A program made the position numbers and the translations under genes. DNA of 63,789 nt, the filler included, from Chiloscyllium plagiosum (Eukaryota): the NCBI RefSeq assembly GCF_004010195.1. It is 5 parts of 5 records of this genome, joined end to end, with 100 filler letters (N's around TTAATTAATTAA, not from the genome) between each part and the next. Parts side by side here need not be neighbours in the genome. Positions count along the whole stretch, not along the records: positions 57,790 to 63,789 come from NW_025199371.1; 4 more parts are not named here. One strand, given 5' to 3'. Positions 60,432 to 63,789 of the stretch are shown piece by piece. The notes beneath the pieces were generated by a model. It searched no databases. It had not been told where the DNA came from and saw nothing but the letters and a program-made list of their open reading frames with translations. Position 1 is the first letter of the stretch. Each line of letters starts with the position of its first letter.

Positions 60432-60748
60432 TTCTAGCTCTCAACTTAAAATCCACCGACATCCGACGACTGAATCTGCCTTTCCTGGAAAGGGAAAGGA
60501 GCCGCAGTGCAGCAAGGAAGAGCACATTAGGGGTTGCATGCACGAGTACAGGCAACAGTCCATGTTTGTCTCTGCGGTTGCAAATGCAGTGGACCCGATG
60601 GAGGCGGTGGACAGGCTCACTGCCGAGCGAACGAATGGCAACACGTTTAATCTGAAGTCCTCCAGGCTGAGGATAGAGCATTCGGCCATATATGATTGGC
60701 CTGGAGTCTTCAAAGTGACTCCGAGTGATAAAGGCATTGACAAAAACC
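60432..60748 (+). pseudogene. TRBV: Decayed TRBV paralogue with crippled RSS
   Basis: SQLKIHRHPTTESAFPGKGKEPQC...MHEYRQ(deletion)QSMFVS...EAVDRLTAERTNGNTFNLKSSRL...AIY; 3' end gcctggagtctt identical to the intact V; RSS CAAAGTG-22 nt-ACAAAAACC (60711-60748). Confidence 0.8.
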
Positions 60749-61689
60749 TAAAAAGGGCACATTAAAAGTGTGCGGAGTTTCAGCGGGTGTTGTTGCTACA
60801 GAGGGGAAGCGTTTATGACAATAATAAATGATTAAGGCTTAGAATAAGAAAGACAGAGTAAAAGCAGAGATAGTGACGAAATTTTAAAGCATGATCAACA
60901 AAAATGAGGGGCCACATGTTTCAGGAAAGATTGCGAGCTGAGAAACAGAATTTTATGCTCAGGGCAGGAACTTTGAGGAACAAAAGGAGGGCATTCAGCC
61001 CTCTTCGGATTCCTAGACAGGGACACAAACAAGTCATTCAGTTCGTTCTGATCCTGTTAGGTATCTACTTGATACCACCACACCCTCGACAGTGACATAC
61101 GCAGGAACAGTGCATCTCCATCCGTCACAGAAGGGGACAACTTGATGACTTGAAGCTGTGACAGATTAGCTTTCGGATCAACCTGCTTAGAGGCGTTGTT
61201 ACAGACAGGTGGGGCTTGAACCCAGGCCTCCTGGCTCAGCGATAGGGACAACGCCATCGCACCACAAGACTCCTTCTGAGGCTGCTAGACGGGAACGGGA
61301 GGCCCAATAGGGCTGGGCTAACTCAAGTTTTATCCATCGGCAAGTTATACATCTTCACCTGATTTTCATACTTTTTTGTTTCGACTGATGGTGGCGAGTA
61401 TGCCAATGTCTTCTTGACCACCCTATCCAACTGTGTTGCCACTTTCTGGGAACTTTGGATCTGTGTGCCTAGATGTCTCTGGAAGTTTGACTCCATTACA
61501 TGTCTGCAATTTTCTCTATATGTCCCTACTACATTAAATCTTCTAAACTGCATCACTGTGCATTTGTCTGGATAAAACTCCATCTGCTGTTTCTCTGTCC
61601 AAGCCTCCAGCCTACGTGTATTCTCATGTATCCTCTGGCAGTCCTCTTCACTGACCGCAGCTCCCCCAGTCTGTATAACTTAGAGCTTG

Positions 61690-63789
61690 GATTGGTGCCT
61701 GGGAGTATGACATTATTGCAATCACAGAGACTTGGTTGAAGGAAGGGCATGATGATTGGCAACTAAATGTTCCAGGAAATAGACGCTTCAGACAGGACAG
61801 GGAGGGAAGTAAAAGGGGGGTGGAGTTGCATTGCTGGTCAGGGATGATATCACGGCTGTGCTAAAGAAGGACATTCTGGAGAGCTTGAGTAGTGAGGCAT
61901 TATGGGTGGAGCTGAGAAATAAGGGTGCAGTTACATTGTTGGGGCTGTATTACAGGCCTTGCAACAGTGAGCATAAGGTAGAAGAACAAATAGGTAAACA
62001 GATTATGGAAAGATGTAGAGGCAATAGGGTAGTGGTGATGGGAGATTTTAATTTTCCCAACATTGACTGGGATACACTTAGCATCAGAGGTCTGGATGGA
62101 ATAGAATTTGTAAGTACTGTCCAGGAAAGTTTTTTTCTAGAGCAGTATGTCAATAGTCTGACTAACGAAGGGGCCATATTGGACTTGGTATTGGGGAATG
62201 AGCCAGGCCAGGTGATAGAAGTTGCAGTGGGGGATTTCTTTGGGAACAGTGACCACAGTTCTGTAAGTTTTAGAGTACTCGTAGACAAAGATGAGAGTGG
62301 TCTTAAGGGAAGAGTATTAAACTGGGCCAAGGCCAGTTTTATCAAAATTAGGCAGGAGTTGGGAAATGTGGATTGGACACAACTATTTGAAGGGAAGTCC
62401 ACATTTGGTATGTGGGAGGCTTTCAAAAATAGGCATGTCCCGTCGAAGGCAAAGGATAGGAAAGGCAAGATTCATGAACTGTGGAAGACAGGAGAAATCG
62501 TACAACTAGCCAAGAAGAAAAGGCAAGTGTATGTAGGGTCCAGGCAGTTAAGAACAAATTGGGCCCTTGAAGAATATTGGAAGAGTAGGAACAGTCTTAA
62601 ATGAGGAATCAAGCGGGCTAAAAGGGGTCATGCAATAGCTTTAGCGAGCAGAATTGAGAATCCTCAAGCATTTTATTCTTTTATGAAACAGGCAGGTAAC
62701 TAGAGAAAGGATTGGTCCATTAAAGGATAATGAAGGAAGGCTGTGTGTCAAACCTGAGAGAATGGGTGAGATTCTGAATGATCACTTTGCATCAGTGTTC
62801 ACGGAGGAGAGGAGCATGATGAATGTTGAGATTGGATAGAAGTTTGATTAGTCTGGATCATGTTGGCATAAGTAGGGATGATGTGTTGGGTATGCTAGAG
62901 GTTATTAAGGTGGACAAATCCTCAAGACCGGATGGGATCTATTCCAGGTTGCTGAGGGAGACGAGAGGGGAAATAGCTGGGGCCCCAACAGATATCTTTG
63001 TGGCATCCTTAAACACAGGTGAGGTGCCAGAGGACTGGAAGGTTGCTCATATTGTACCCCTGTACAAGAAGGGTAATAGGGATATTCTGGGTAACTAGAC
63101 CAGTGAGCCTGATGTCAGTGGTGGGAAAGTTGCAGGAGAAGGTACCGAGGGATATGTATTTGTATTTTAGAAAAGAATGGGCTTATCAGTGGTGAGCAAT
63201 GTGGTTTTGTCCGGGGGAGATCGTGCCTTACCAACTTGATAGAGTTCTTTGAGGAAGTGACCAAGTTGTTAGATGAAGGAAGGGCTGTTGATGTCATGTA
63301 CATGGACTTTAGTAAGGCATTTGATGAGGTTTCCCATGGTAAACTAATAGAAAAAGTGAGGTCACATGGTGTACAGGGTGTTCTAGCTAGGTGGATAAGG
63401 AACTGATTGAGCAACAGGAGACAGGGAGTAGTAGTTGAAGGGAGTTTCTCAAAATGGAGAAAGGTGACCAGTGGTGTTCCACAGGGATCAGTATTGGGGC
63501 CACTGTTGTTTGTAATATACATAAATGATCTAGAAGAGGGCACTGTTGGTATGATCAGCAAGTTTGCAGATGACACAAAGGTTGGTAGAGTAGCAGAAGA
63601 GACTGTCAAAGAATACTGGAGAACATAGACTGGAGAGTTGGGTGGAGAAGTGGCAGATAGAGTTCAATCCAGACAAATGTGAGGTGATGCATTTTGGCAA
63701 GTCTAATTCTAGACCAACTTATACGGTGAACGGAAGAGCCTTGGGAAAAGTTGATGAGCAGAGAGATCTGGCAGTGCAGGTCCATTGTA
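61690..63789 (+). mobile_element. CR1 LINE ORF2 (APE endonuclease plus RT), disrupted, runs off the window
   Basis: [61 protein letters not shown]. Confidence 0.92.

Overview
Repeat-rich vertebrate genomic DNA, almost certainly a shark (HE1-type tRNA-SINEs, CR1 LINEs, Penelope elements, shark-type Ig kappa/NS4-like segments). It holds parts of at least three immunoglobulin kappa light-chain clusters in the cartilaginous-fish V-J-C layout. Cluster 1 (+): promoter, leader, V at 4209-4740 and intact C at 13272-13600, but the V RSS, J RSS and whole J are missing, with the deletion starting exactly at the V coding end (looks like an aberrant germline RAG join). Cluster 2 (+): V-12RSS...23RSS-J at 29761-30519; its C would fall in a gap. 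Cluster 3 (-): V-J at 40630-41409 with promoter and leader deleted. An orphan frameshifted C lies at 56335-56664 (-). Past a scaffold gap are an intact TRBV30-like T-cell receptor beta V (57897-58427, 23-RSS) and a decayed paralogue. Clusters 1 and 2 are a recent segmental duplication. A conserved ETS-IRF/E-box element sits upstream of V2 and V3. Four 100-bp gaps with a TTAATTAATTAA linker split the window into five pieces whose order and orientation cannot be verified here. All identities were judged by eye; no alignments or searches were run.
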